DNA of 63,128 nucleotides, the filler included, from Folioceros fuciformis (lineage: Eukaryota), in assembly GCA_049999805.1 (NCBI GenBank). It is 4 parts of 4 records of this genome, joined end to end, with 100 filler letters (N's around TTAATTAATTAA, not from the genome) between each part and the next. Parts side by side here need not be neighbours in the genome. Positions count along the whole stretch, not along the records: positions 28,340 to 55,399 come from JBNGIO010006034.1; 3 more parts are not named here. One strand, given 5' to 3'. A model generated the notes under the pieces. It was not told where the DNA came from, did not search any database, and saw nothing but the letters and a program-made list of their open reading frames with translations. The translations under genes were made by a program, and so were the position numbers. Shown in pieces: positions 36,966 through 47,517 of this stretch (positions are counted from its first letter, which is position 1; each line of letters starts with the position of its first letter).

Positions 36966-39875
36966 TCACGGTCGACCCTTGCAAGTGCAACAACCATTGG
37001 CAAATCGATGGACACGGTACCCATCCCTGACAACAATGTCCCTCCGCTCAAGCCTGGACATAATTTCCGTGGAACTATGACAGTCACTGCACATGCGTAG
37101 ATTCTTCGTTACCATCAGAGGTGTCCCACTTGGAGTGTTCAAGAGACCAAATGCCAGAGCTAGTTTCTCAGCATGCCCACAAAGCACCTCTTCCTTGTCT
37201 TTTTCAGTCAGTGGCTTCAACACCAACCTTGTGTGAGGTGAATGGCCTCCTTCCTGCTTCACACGTGCATTTGTGCTCTCAGCCTTCACCCCAACGTCGT
37301 CTCTCCTTTCTCCCACCACGAATCTATGCAACTGCTTATTCACCTCGATGGTCGCCACTGCAGGTTTTTTATTAGCTCCTGCTGCCATCCTTCGTCTTTC
37401 GACCCTATCCACATCAGCCCACCTTCCTGCAGCTGCGTACGCAGTGGCCATGAGCACATAAGCGGGCGCCTCCTGGGGGTCCAACCTAATAATGGCGTCG
37501 AAACACCACGTCGCCCTCTCCAGATCCCCATGACTTTTGCACGCATTCAACAACGACGTCAAGCCCACAACATTACTTTCGACCTCGCATGACACAAGCA
37601 TATTCGTTGCCTCCTCTAGATGGCCTGCACGCCCAAGAAGATCAATCATGCAGGTGCAATGCTCGATAGTTGGTTTGATGCCATGCTCTTCAGCCATTGA
37701 ATGAAAGTGCTTTCGACCCTCGTGGACTAGGCCCCCATGACTGCATGCAGCTAGAAGGCAGGTAAAGGTAGCATCATCAGGCTGAACTCCGGCAACCAAC
37801 ATCTCCTCGAAACAAGCTAGTGCTCTCTGACCATCATCGCAAGTACCATACCCAGAGATTAGGGCATTCCATGTCACCACATTTTTTGTCTTCATGCCAT
37901 CAAAAACCCGCCGTGCATCTTCCACTTCACCACATTTTGCATACATGTCCACCAGGCAGGTGCCCAACACCACGTAATCGAGCAGTCCTCTTTCTACGAT
38001 GTGCGAGTGCAGCTGCTTGCCCTTCTGTAAAGCACCAGTGCTCCCACAGGCCTTCACAAGGCAAGCAAGAGTAACATTGTCAGCCAGAATAAGACCTCCT
38101 TGCTCCATTTGCTCATACACTACAAGTGCCTCTTGGCCGAGGCCTTGCTGTGCATACCCAGCAATCAGCGCCGTCCATGTAACCACATTCTTTGTGGCCA
38201 AGCTGTCAAAGACCTGGCGTGCGTCTTTCAGCTCACCACATTTTGCATACATGTCCACCAGGCAGGTGCCTAACACCACATTATCCAACAGTCTTCTTTC
38301 CACGATCTGTGAGTGCAGCTGCCTTCCCTGTTTTAAGGCACCACTACCTGCACAGGCCTTCAGAAGGCAAGCAAAAGTGACATGGTCAGCCAAAACGAGG
38401 CCCTCCTGCTCCATCTGTCCGTACACGAGAAGGGCCTCATGTCCAAGCCCTTGCAAGGAATACCCAGCAATCAGGGCCGTCCACGTCACCACATCCTTCG
38501 TCGACAAGCTTTCAAATACCATGCGTGCATCTTCTAGTTCGCCACATTTCGCATACATGTCTACCAGGCAGCTGCCCAACATTTTGTCATGAAGGAGTCT
38601 TCTTTCGACGATCTGTGAGTGCAGCTGCCTGCCCTTCTGTAAAGCACCAGTGCTTCCGCAGGCGTTCAGAAGGCAAGCAAAAGTGACATGGTCAGCCAAA
38701 ATCATGTCCTCTTCCTCCATTTGATCATACAAAACTAGCGCCTCTTGGCTTAGGCCCTGCCGTGCATACCCAGCAATCAGGGTGGTCCATGTCACTACAT
38801 CCTTCTTGGCCAAACTTTCAAAAACCTGGCGTGCATCTTCCATTTCGCCACATTTGGCGTACATGTTCACCAGGCAGGTGCCAACCAACAAGTCAGGAGG
38901 AATGCCACTGTGCAACACATCACAGTGTACTTTCCTGCCACATTCCAAGTCGGTCGCTAGTGCGCAAGCTTGGAGGGCAGCCACAAAGACCTGACAATTC
39001 GCCTTCACTCCTGACCTATGCATCTCATGATACAGTTGTACGGCCTCCTTAGGTTTCCCTTGCTTTGCATGTGCTGAGATTATGGAAGACCACATGAAGG
39101 CATTCGGTATGGCCACCCGGGTGAACACATCCATGGCCTCCTGTAGCCTACCTCCGCACGCATACATGCGCAAGGTATGGTTCCCCAAGTATGCATCCGA
39201 CTCGTACCCAAGTTTGACGATGAGGTCATGAACTCGTCGTCCCAGAACCAGATCCTTCTTCGCGGTACACTGTTTCAGCAAAATGCAGAACATAGACTGG
39301 CAAACGGGAGAGTCTGTCAGCGTCAGAGATTCTAGGCATCCAACGGCCTCGGAAAGTTTCCCCTGTTTACATAGCGTAACCACGGTTCCGGCCGTTGCAA
39401 CTCCCATTTCCGATCCTGCGTGCCTGTGACGTTCAGGCTCATCCGACGATGTGGACTTAGAAGGAGAGGCACGATGACCCATTTGCATATCCATGGAAAC
39501 AAGCCTCTCCTCGACCCAAGCTGGCTTGAACAGGTTGCTCAGCCACAATCCTTCGCCGGACCCCATACGCCTGAAGTCCGGCGAACGGGAGCTCTTCTTG
39601 TCTCTCCTGTTGTCCCACCACATGGTAGGCTCTAGAAAAAATTGTTGCCACAAGTGTTCCTGCTCCTGCTCCTGGCGACGACCAGCCTTGACAGATCCGT
39701 CCCCGCACATGCTTCTGGGCATTGGACGCGTTGGGCTCCTTGCAGTGCTGCATCGCGAGGCAGCGTCATTTGCGTCGTGTGGATTCCAGAAGATGACATG
39801 AGACTGAGCTCCTTTACTGAGACCAGGCGCAATTTGCTGGATCCAGGACGATTCCGGTACCCAGACTGTGGTCAT
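36966..39875 (-). CDS. PLS-PPR-DYW:KP (GRP-type) editing factor with N-terminal PDF motif
   Basis: KKPAVATIEV in place of PG box, HAEKLA...CSDC, terminal GRP; N-terminal LWQQFFLEPTMWWDNRRDKKSSRSPDFRR..GEGLWL. Confidence 0.95.
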   Translation of the reverse strand: MTTVWVPESSWIQQIAPGLSKGAQSHVIFWNPHDANDAASRCSTARSPTRPMPRSMCGDGSVKAGRRQEQEQEHLWQQFFLEPTMWWDNRRDKKSSRSPDFRRMGSGEGLWLSNLFKPAWVEERLVSMDMQMGHRASPSKSTSSDEPERHRHAGSEMGVATAGTVVTLCKQGKLSEAVGCLESLTLTDSPVCQSMFCILLKQCTAKKDLVLGRRVHDLIVKLGYESDAYLGNHTLRMYACGGRLQEAMDVFTRVAIPNAFMWSSIISAHAKQGKPKEAVQLYHEMHRSGVKANCQVFVAALQACALATDLECGRKVHCDVLHSGIPPDLLVGTCLVNMYAKCGEMEDARQVFESLAKKDVVTWTTLIAGYARQGLSQEALVLYDQMEEEDMILADHVTFACLLNACGSTGALQKGRQLHSQIVERRLLHDKMLGSCLVDMYAKCGELEDARMVFESLSTKDVVTWTALIAGYSLQGLGHEALLVYGQMEQEGLVLADHVTFACLLKACAGSGALKQGRQLHSQIVERRLLDNVVLGTCLVDMYAKCGELKDARQVFDSLATKNVVTWTALIAGYAQQGLGQEALVVYEQMEQGGLILADNVTLACLVKACGSTGALQKGKQLHSHIVERGLLDYVVLGTCLVDMYAKCGEVEDARRVFDGMKTKNVVTWNALISGYGTCDDGQRALACFEEMLVAGVQPDDATFTCLLAACSHGGLVHEGRKHFHSMAEEHGIKPTIEHCTCMIDLLGRAGHLEEATNMLVSCEVESNVVGLTSLLNACKSHGDLERATWCFDAIIRLDPQEAPAYVLMATAYAAAGRWADVDRVERRRMAAGANKKPAVATIEVNKQLHRFVVGERRDDVGVKAESTNARVKQEGGHSPHTRLVLKPLTEKDKEEVLCGHAEKLALAFGLLNTPSGTPLMVTKNLRMCSDCHSSTEIMSRLERRDIVVRDGYRVHRFANGCCTCKGRP

Positions 39876-40244
39876 GGCTCAGAGATCACAGTCTGACAAT
39901 GCGAGTCTGAACAATAGACCTTGGCACAAGGTCTCATGTCCTCTCTTGTGCATCACTTGCTTGAGGGATGGTGATAGTGCAGTGCAGTGGGTACCCTGAA
40001 GTTGGTTTGCCTTCGTTTCGGACAGAAACCTGTTGAACAAGTTAGCTACGGGCCTCTTCGTGACGGGCTCAAAAAACCTGCTGTACACTACTCCGGAGAG
40101 AGATCCGGTCGATCCTGATGTTAGGATGAGTGTTGGCCGCCCAGGTCCTCCACATGTCTTAACAATAGTCAGGGATGGAGCTCATGAAGCACTGTGCTCT
40201 GGCGACCGCGCTTGACCAGAGTTGCCCTCGTGGGCATGATTTTC

Positions 40245-40880
40245 TCAGGGCTGACCCTTACAGCTGCAAGGGCCAGCGGCGAATCGGTGTACACGGTACC
40301 CATGCATCCCTTACTGTGCACAAACAATGTCCCTCCCTCTGTTCAAGCCTTAACACCATCCCCGTGGGGGCTATCTATGGCATTCACTGCACATAGTACC
40401 AAAGGTGTTGGAACCAGCTGGAGTGTTCAAGACACCGGACGCCAGAGCCAGACAAAAGTTTCTTTGCATGCCCACAAAGCACATGTCCCTTTCCCCTCTC
40501 ACACAATGGCCTCGACATCTACATTGTGTGAGAGGAACGTGCCCCCCTTCCTGCTTCAAACGCGAATTCGCGCTCTCTACCCGTAGGGCAATTATCCTCT
40601 TTTGGGCTGGGCTGGGACGGGCCGGGCCTGGCCGGCCCGGGAAAGAGAGGCACCACACTAGTACAGTTACTACCCATCTCCATGTGCGTATCCAAGGACA
40701 CGAGCACGTGCTGCCCATCAGCCCAAGCTGCGACCAACATGTTGTTCAAAGTCAGGACATCGTCGAACCCCTCACGCCGAAAGTCAGCCGAACGGGAGCT
40801 CTTCCTTTCTCGTCTCGTCTGTCGGCCACACTGCGGTCTCTCAACTCGTCTCGCCCGACAACACAACAGGGTCCCCAACC
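40245..40880 (-). pseudogene. Remnant joining a PDF motif almost directly to a GRP-type DYW tail
   Basis: RKSSRSADFRREG..LTLNNMLVAAW, then VESANSRLKQEGGHVP...GVLNTPAGS...GYRVHRFAAGPCSCKGQP*. Confidence 0.8.
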
Positions 40881-41462
40881 ACAGGCTGCGTTGAAATTGG
40901 AAGTGCTGGGCTGGCATCCCTTCCCTACACTGCTGCACCTGCCGGCTCCCTCAAGTGACGGGAGTGTAAGTGAGGGGGGTTGGGGGGGGGGGGGGCTCCT
41001 GATAGGATCCCTGTCCTCACCCTTTTTTGCTTTGTACAGAACGGGTTCCGTGGCCACTGTGTGCCTATGTTCAGAGACTGCAGTTGGAAACTGTCTCACA
41101 ACAAACAGACTAGGACGAGATCGAGGTGCAGGGGTACGGTACCGTCGATGGCTACGCTACCGGAGGGAAGGGACGTGCAGGGCGTATTCTTCCTTCCCGT
41201 GCTTTCCAAAGCAAGCACGTTGTGGTTCGAAGTTGTCATACACAAACTGATCTTCAGTAACGCATAAGTGGAGTTCTAGAGACTATATCCTCCCGGGATC
41301 CTTCCGGGGATGCCTTGGAATTCCCACACATCTGTGTTACAACGAGATGTGAATCTCCGTTGGCCATCCTTGTCCATGCCTCAGTTTGAACAGGACACAC
41401 TTGGCAAAACACCATCACCCAGGAACTAAAGCAATGACCTTGCCGTACAAGCTTCGTTCTTC

Positions 41463-41970
41463 TCACGGTCGACCCTCACAGCTGCAAGAACCACCTGCCG
41501 AATCGACGCAGGCGCAGGCGCAAGCGCTACCCATCTTTTCCAACAATGTCTCTGTTCAAACGTTGACATGATCTCAGTGGAACTGTGGCACCAATTCCAC
41601 ATGCGTAGCTTCATCGTTACCTCCAGGGGAGTGCTCAAACGCCCGAGCTACTTGCTCAGCATGCCCACAAAGCAAACCGTCTTCTAACTTCTCATACACT
41701 GGCCTCCATATCAAACTTGTGTGCGGTGAGCGGCCTTCCTTCCTTCCTTCCTTCCTCCCTTAAACGTGCATCCCAGCTCTCAGCCTTACGCGCGATACCC
41801 ACCCTTCTTTCTCCCAAATCAAACGCATGTACCTGCTCCTTCACCTCAATGGTCGCCACCGCAGGTTTCTTGTTAGCTACCGCTACTTTCTCTGGGTCTC
41901 AATCCTTTCTACGTCGGTCCACCTCCTCCCTGCATCTCCGTAGACATTGGCCACGAGCACATACGCAGAA
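41463..41970 (-). pseudogene. E2-DYW:KP (GRP) fragment
   Basis: ANKKPAVATIEVKEQVHAF...CHSSTEIMS...GSCSCEGRP* with frameshifts. Confidence 0.85.
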
Positions 41971-41975
41971 CCAGG

Positions 41976-42130
41976 ATCAGACGTGGCAACAGGTTTTCAG
42001 GACCTCCCCGTGGGATGGGACAGCAAACGAGCTCACAGGGGATTTCGATCGCCTCACTTCCGACCTAACGGATACGGCCAGGTCGTGTGGCTAAACAGCT
42101 TGCAGCTAGTGTCCTTGGATATGCACGAGG
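41976..42130 (+). pseudogene. Decayed PDF-motif fragment upstream of the 42203 gene
   Basis: DQTWQQVF/QDLPVGWDSKRAHRGFRSPHFRPNGYGQVVWLN..LVSLDM. Confidence 0.7.
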
Positions 42131-42202
42131 GCCGTGGTCCCTCTCCTTCTGATCCGAGCACATGGGATTAAGCCTGAATCTGTCAGGCGTGCAGAATCGC
42201 GA

Positions 42203-45200
42203 ATGGCCTCCATGTGTAGCGCTATACGAGGCCCATCACTTCCACTTCCGATACGACGCATGGGGGTGAATGACATATCCAGCGGCGATGGTCGTCGCCA
42301 GGAGGAGCAAGAGTGGTGGCAACACGTCATTCTGGACCCTACCCTGTGGCAAGATCACATACGGGGGAAGAAGAGCTCCCGTTCGCCTGACTTCCGACGC
42401 AAGGGCTCTGGTGAGTTTCTGTGGTTGAGCAACCTGTTCAAGCCAGCTTGGGTTGATGAGCAGCCCGTTTCCTTGGATGTGCTCATAGTCTATGGTGCCT
42501 CTCCCTCCAAGTTTTCCTATCCAGACAAGCATGAACCTGGCAGGCGTGCACGATTCCAAATGGCTTCAACCGTCGGCATGTTATGTCAGCAGGGAAAGCT
42601 TGCTGAGGCTGTCCAAACCCTGGAATCGCTGGCGCAATCAGACTCTGCAATTTCTCTGTCGCTGTTTCACACTGTTCTGAAACTGTGCATAGCCAACAAG
42701 GATATGGTTGTGGGTCGACGAGTACATCACCTCACTCTTAAACTCGGGTATGAGTGGAATGCATGCTTGGGGAACCTAATCTTACGCATGTATGCTTGTC
42801 TAGGTCGACTAGAGGACGCAATGGACGTGTTCACCAGGGTGGGAAAACTAGATGTCTTCATGTGGCATTCCATAATCTCCGCACACACCAAGCATGGCAA
42901 ATCTAAGGAGGCTATACAACTGTACCACGAGATGCGAAGGTCAGGAGTCAGGCCAAATGGTCACGTCTTTGTAGCTGCCCTTCAAGCTTGCGGATCTGCA
43001 GCCGACTTGGAATCTGGCAGGAAAGTGCATTGTGATATTTTTCACAGTGGCATTCCCACTAACCTGTTCGTGGGTAACTGCCTGGTTGACATGTATGCAA
43101 AATGTGGCGAACTGATGGATGCACGCCAGGTTTTCGACAGTATGGCCACGAAGGATGTAGTGACATGGAATACCATGATATCTGGGTATGCGAAATGCGG
43201 TGAAATGAAAGATGCACACCAGGTTTTTGACAGAATGAACTCAAAGAGTGTGGTGACATGGAATGCCCTCATATCTGGATATGCCGAGCAAGGGCTAGGA
43301 CATCATGCTCTTGCTCTGTATCGGCAGATGGAGGAGGATGGGCTGATTTCGGGTAACCATATTACATTCGCTAGCCTTCTGAAGGCGTGTGCAGCGGCGG
43401 GTGCCTTACAGAGGGGCAGGCAGTTGCACGCGCTGATCGTTGAAAGAGGGCTAATGGATGGAGCAGTGCTGGGCACGTGTCTGGTGGACATGTATGCAAA
43501 ATGTGGTGAACTGGATGATGCACGACATGTTTTTGACAGCTTGGCCACAAAGGATGTGGTGACATGGAATGCCCTAATTTCTGGGTATGCTGACCAAGGG
43601 CTCGGACATGAGGCGTTTGCTGTCTATGCACTAATGGAGCAGGAGGGCATCAGTTCGGCTGATCATGTCACGTTTACTTGCCTGCTGAAGAGCTGTACAA
43701 GCAGTGGGGACTTGCACAAGGGCGGGGCCCTGCACTCACTGATTGTTGAAAGGGGACTGTCGGATAATGTAGTGGTGGGCAACTGCCTGGTGGGCATGTA
43801 TGCAAGATGTGGTGAAGTGAGAGATGCACGCAAGGTTTTTGACAGCTTGACCACAAAGGATGTGGTGACATGGAATGCCTTAATTGCAGGGTATGCACAG
43901 CAAGGTCTTGGCCAAGAGGCACTTGGTGTGTATGAACACATGGAACAAGAGGGCCTCACTTTGGCTGATGATGTGACTTTTTCTTGCCTTCTGAAGGCCT
44001 GTGGAAGCACCGGTGCGTTACAGAAGGGCAGGCAGCTGCACTCACTGATTGTCGAAAGAGGCCTGCTGGATAACGTAGTGCTGGGCAACTGCCTGGTGGA
44101 CATGTATACAAAATGCGGTGAAGTGGAACATGCACGCCGAGTCTTTGACAGAATGGCCGCAAAGGATGTGGTGACATGGACGGCGCTGATTGCTGGGTAT
44201 GCACAGCAAGGTCTGGGAATTGAGGGGCTTGTTTTGTATGGACAAATGGGGCAGGAGGGCCCCGTCATAGCCAATCATGTTACTTTTGCTTGCCTTCTCA
44301 ATGCCTGTGCGAGCACTGGCGCCTTAGAGATGGGCAGGCAGCTGCACTCGGAGATGGTGAAAATTGGTGTACTGGAAAATGTGGTGTTGGGCAACTGCCT
44401 GGTGGACATGTATGCAAAATGCGGTGAATTGGAAAACGCACAGCAGGTGTTTGACAGCTTGGCCATGAAGGATGTGGTGACATGGAATGCCCTGATTGCC
44501 GGGTACGCTCAGCAAGGTCTCGGACTTGAGGCGCTTATTGTGTACGGCCGAATGGAGCAGGAGGGCCTTATTTTGGCTGACCATGTCACTTTCTGCTGCC
44601 TTCTGAAGGCCTGTGGAAGCACTGGTGCCTTGCAAAAGGGCAGGCAGCTGCACTCACAGATCTTGGAAAAGGGACTCCTGGACGTGGTAGTGTTGGGCAA
44701 CTGCCTGGTGGACATGTATGCCAAATGTGGTGAACTGGAAGACGCACGCCAGGTTTTTGACAGCATGAACACCAAGACTGTGGTGACTTGGAATGCCATG
44801 ATATGTGGGTATGGTGTATGTGATGATGGCCGTAGGGCGCTGAGCTGTTTTGACGAGATGTTAGAAGCCGGTGTCCAACCCGATGGGGCTACTTTTTCTT
44901 GCCTTCTAGTGGCTTGCAGTCACGGTGGTCTAGTTTACGAGGGTCGCAACCACTTCGCTTCTATGTCTCATCTGTATGGCATCGTACCTACGGTTGAGCA
45001 CTTCAATTGCATGATTGACCTTCTTGGGCGTGCGGGTCATCTGGATGAGGCTGAGAAGTTGCTCTTGTCACTCGAGGGTCAGAGGAATGTTGTGGGCTTG
45101 AGGTCCTTGTTGCATGCCTGCAAAAGTCACGGGGATTTGGAGAGGGCGACGTGGTGTTTTGAAAGTATTGTCAGCCTGGAACCTATGGAGGCATCCGCCT

Positions 45201-45694
45201 ATGTGCTCATGGCCAATGCCTACGCAGATGCAGGTAGGTGGACCGATGTACACAGGGTTGAAACATTGAGAAGGGCAGCAGGAGCTGGCAAAAAACCCGC
45301 AACGGCTAGTGTGGAGGTGAATAAGGAAGTGCACACATTTCTGGTGGGGGAAAGGAGAGAGGATGTTGCAGTGAAAGCGGAAAGTACAAGTGCACGGCTG
45401 AAACATGAAGGAGGGTATGTTCCTCACACAAACCTGGTGTTGAAGCCAGTGTGTGAGAAGGAAAAAGAAGACGCGCTTTGTGGTCATGCGGAAAAGCTAG
45501 CTCTCGCGTTTGGTCTCTTGAACACTCCGAGTGGCACACCTCTGGTGGTAACCAAGAATCTACGCATGTGCAGTGACTGCCACAGTTCCACACAGATCAT
45601 GTCAAGACTCGAACACAGAGACATTGTTGTGAGGGATGGATACCGAGTGCATCGATTCGAAGCTGGTGCTTGCAGTTGTGAGGGTCGGCCGTGA
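42203..45694 (+). CDS. PLS-PPR-DYW:KP (GRP-type) editing factor with N-terminal PDF motif
   Basis: WWQHVILDPTLWQDHIRGKKSSRSPDFRRKGSGEFLWL; PLS array; KKPATASVEV, HAEKLA, CSDC, terminal EGRP; first ATG 42203. Confidence 0.95.
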   Translation: MASMCSAIRGPSLPLPIRRMGVNDISSGDGRRQEEQEWWQHVILDPTLWQDHIRGKKSSRSPDFRRKGSGEFLWLSNLFKPAWVDEQPVSLDVLIVYGASPSKFSYPDKHEPGRRARFQMASTVGMLCQQGKLAEAVQTLESLAQSDSAISLSLFHTVLKLCIANKDMVVGRRVHHLTLKLGYEWNACLGNLILRMYACLGRLEDAMDVFTRVGKLDVFMWHSIISAHTKHGKSKEAIQLYHEMRRSGVRPNGHVFVAALQACGSAADLESGRKVHCDIFHSGIPTNLFVGNCLVDMYAKCGELMDARQVFDSMATKDVVTWNTMISGYAKCGEMKDAHQVFDRMNSKSVVTWNALISGYAEQGLGHHALALYRQMEEDGLISGNHITFASLLKACAAAGALQRGRQLHALIVERGLMDGAVLGTCLVDMYAKCGELDDARHVFDSLATKDVVTWNALISGYADQGLGHEAFAVYALMEQEGISSADHVTFTCLLKSCTSSGDLHKGGALHSLIVERGLSDNVVVGNCLVGMYARCGEVRDARKVFDSLTTKDVVTWNALIAGYAQQGLGQEALGVYEHMEQEGLTLADDVTFSCLLKACGSTGALQKGRQLHSLIVERGLLDNVVLGNCLVDMYTKCGEVEHARRVFDRMAAKDVVTWTALIAGYAQQGLGIEGLVLYGQMGQEGPVIANHVTFACLLNACASTGALEMGRQLHSEMVKIGVLENVVLGNCLVDMYAKCGELENAQQVFDSLAMKDVVTWNALIAGYAQQGLGLEALIVYGRMEQEGLILADHVTFCCLLKACGSTGALQKGRQLHSQILEKGLLDVVVLGNCLVDMYAKCGELEDARQVFDSMNTKTVVTWNAMICGYGVCDDGRRALSCFDEMLEAGVQPDGATFSCLLVACSHGGLVYEGRNHFASMSHLYGIVPTVEHFNCMIDLLGRAGHLDEAEKLLLSLEGQRNVVGLRSLLHACKSHGDLERATWCFESIVSLEPMEASAYVLMANAYADAGRWTDVHRVETLRRAAGAGKKPATASVEVNKEVHTFLVGERREDVAVKAESTSARLKHEGGYVPHTNLVLKPVCEKEKEDALCGHAEKLALAFGLLNTPSGTPLVVTKNLRMCSDCHSSTQIMSRLEHRDIVVRDGYRVHRFEAGACSCEGRP

Positions 45695-46643
45695 GCCTGG
45701 CTGGTGAAGTCGTTGTTTGGGATGGATGATGCGGTGTGCATGGAATAGCAAATTGGTTGCAGCAGTTGTTGGGAGGCCACCTGGATCGTGACACTGAGTG
45801 ATGATAAATACAATACACCCATAACTGACGACGTGGAGATGGTATTGCCCTTGACCTGTCCCTGGAGGTTTAGGCGGTAGCACCATTAAGACGGGTAGAT
45901 GAGTACGGTGGGACAGACAGTACAAACTCTTGACTTGCTAATCACATCCGCATGTATCTACTCTTTTCTTCAATCCCTTGTTCGGGTATGTATGTTCGTT
46001 CTCCTGAAAAGAAATTTGTCCATTCCAAACCCCTTCGCAAGGCAGCGAACAACATGTCGTGTCGTCTGCAGGTCCCTTCCCTAGGCAAGGCAAGCTCAAC
46101 CAAAGCTCTCCTCCACAGGCTGCATTTCCTGTCCTTTCCTTGCGTCGACGGCTCAAGCATTCCTCGAAAAGTCCCCTGCCCTGCCGGGAAGTCCCGAGTG
46201 ATACCTCCTGAACCCTGCCTACCGGTTAAGATAACCAGGGTCAGCCTATCGCGTGCTACCGTGTGCTAACGTGCCAGTTCGCTCTGCCGGGAAGGCTGCA
46301 CGAGCGACTACCAGCAGTCTTAGGAGCCGACATGCCTCGCCAAGACTTGTAGAAAACCTACTTTTCTACCGGACTTTTCTGTGGCCACCAAAATGGCTGC
46401 GGGCTGTGGCGGCAGGATCACTACGGTTTGCACAGACAAACATGTCTTTTGGGTATGTCACGCGACAGGATGAGGCTAGCGGCTAATCCAGACAGCAGCT
46501 GCCAGTGTACGCAGGTAGACGTGGCGGTATATGGATAGTCATGCTTGGCCCAATATATGTACGGTATACGGTTGTGGCTGACAAGATGACTTGACAATGA
46601 AAACCTAGGAATTTCCGTGGTAGGTACGCGACAGCGCTAACTA

Positions 46644-47369
46644 CAGACCCTCTAATTGGGAACAATTGGGAGTAGCAAAATCCTCCCATTTAGAAAGGTT
46701 CTCATTTTGGTATTTTTATTTTTAAAAAATAAAAAAAATAATAAAAATTTTGAAAGAGCTTAAAAGTTTTCAAAAAATCCAAAATGCTCCTTCATACAAC
46801 ATAGATGCCAACCTAATTCTAGTTTGTCGGATTAAAATAGTTTAGGGTTGCATGCTTGTGCGGCAGCTTGGGTGACATTGTTCCTACACATCAAAGAGAA
46901 CGGGTAAGGAACACACACAAAATATCTCACAGCAAGACAACAACTTACAATACCATAAGACAACTTACAACACCATAAGACAACTTGTACAATGAAACAA
47001 CTTATGTACTAGGAACAACGCTTCTGATCACAAAGCATAGTGTACAGAACTACTACATATATAGGCTCAATCTCAATGACTGTCTATGTTTTATGATATA
47101 ATCTTGATAGCCTTTAACTTGACATAATCTCAATAACTCATGATTTAATCTTGATAAGATCATTTTCTCAACTTTTTTTTATTTTTTTGAATATATATTT
47201 TCCCTTTTACAGAGGTGTACTTACATTAAATGTTTGGGAGACATGTTCCCATTTACAAATTAGAGGGGTTTTCCATTTAGCATGTAGCACATTCAAGGGA
47301 GTAAGCCCGGGCGTTCCATCTAAGGGGGAATTCCCATTTATAGGGGTCCCACTTAGAGGGGTCTGACTG
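46644..47369. mobile_element. Probable non-autonomous TIR element (MITE-like)
   Basis: cagaccctctaattggg ... cccacttagaggggtctg imperfect terminal inverted repeats; AT-rich non-coding interior; TA-containing flanks. Confidence 0.6.
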
Positions 47370-47517
47370 TAGCTAGCTAGCTGTGCAGTGCAGCACAAAT
47401 GATTTTATCATCAGATACCTCCAGTGGTGAAAGAATCCGTACCTGATCCTACTTGTCATCCTCTCGGCAGTCAGCCTTGTCGTGCTCTTGTTATGCTTCT
47501 CGTGCCCCACCATAAAA

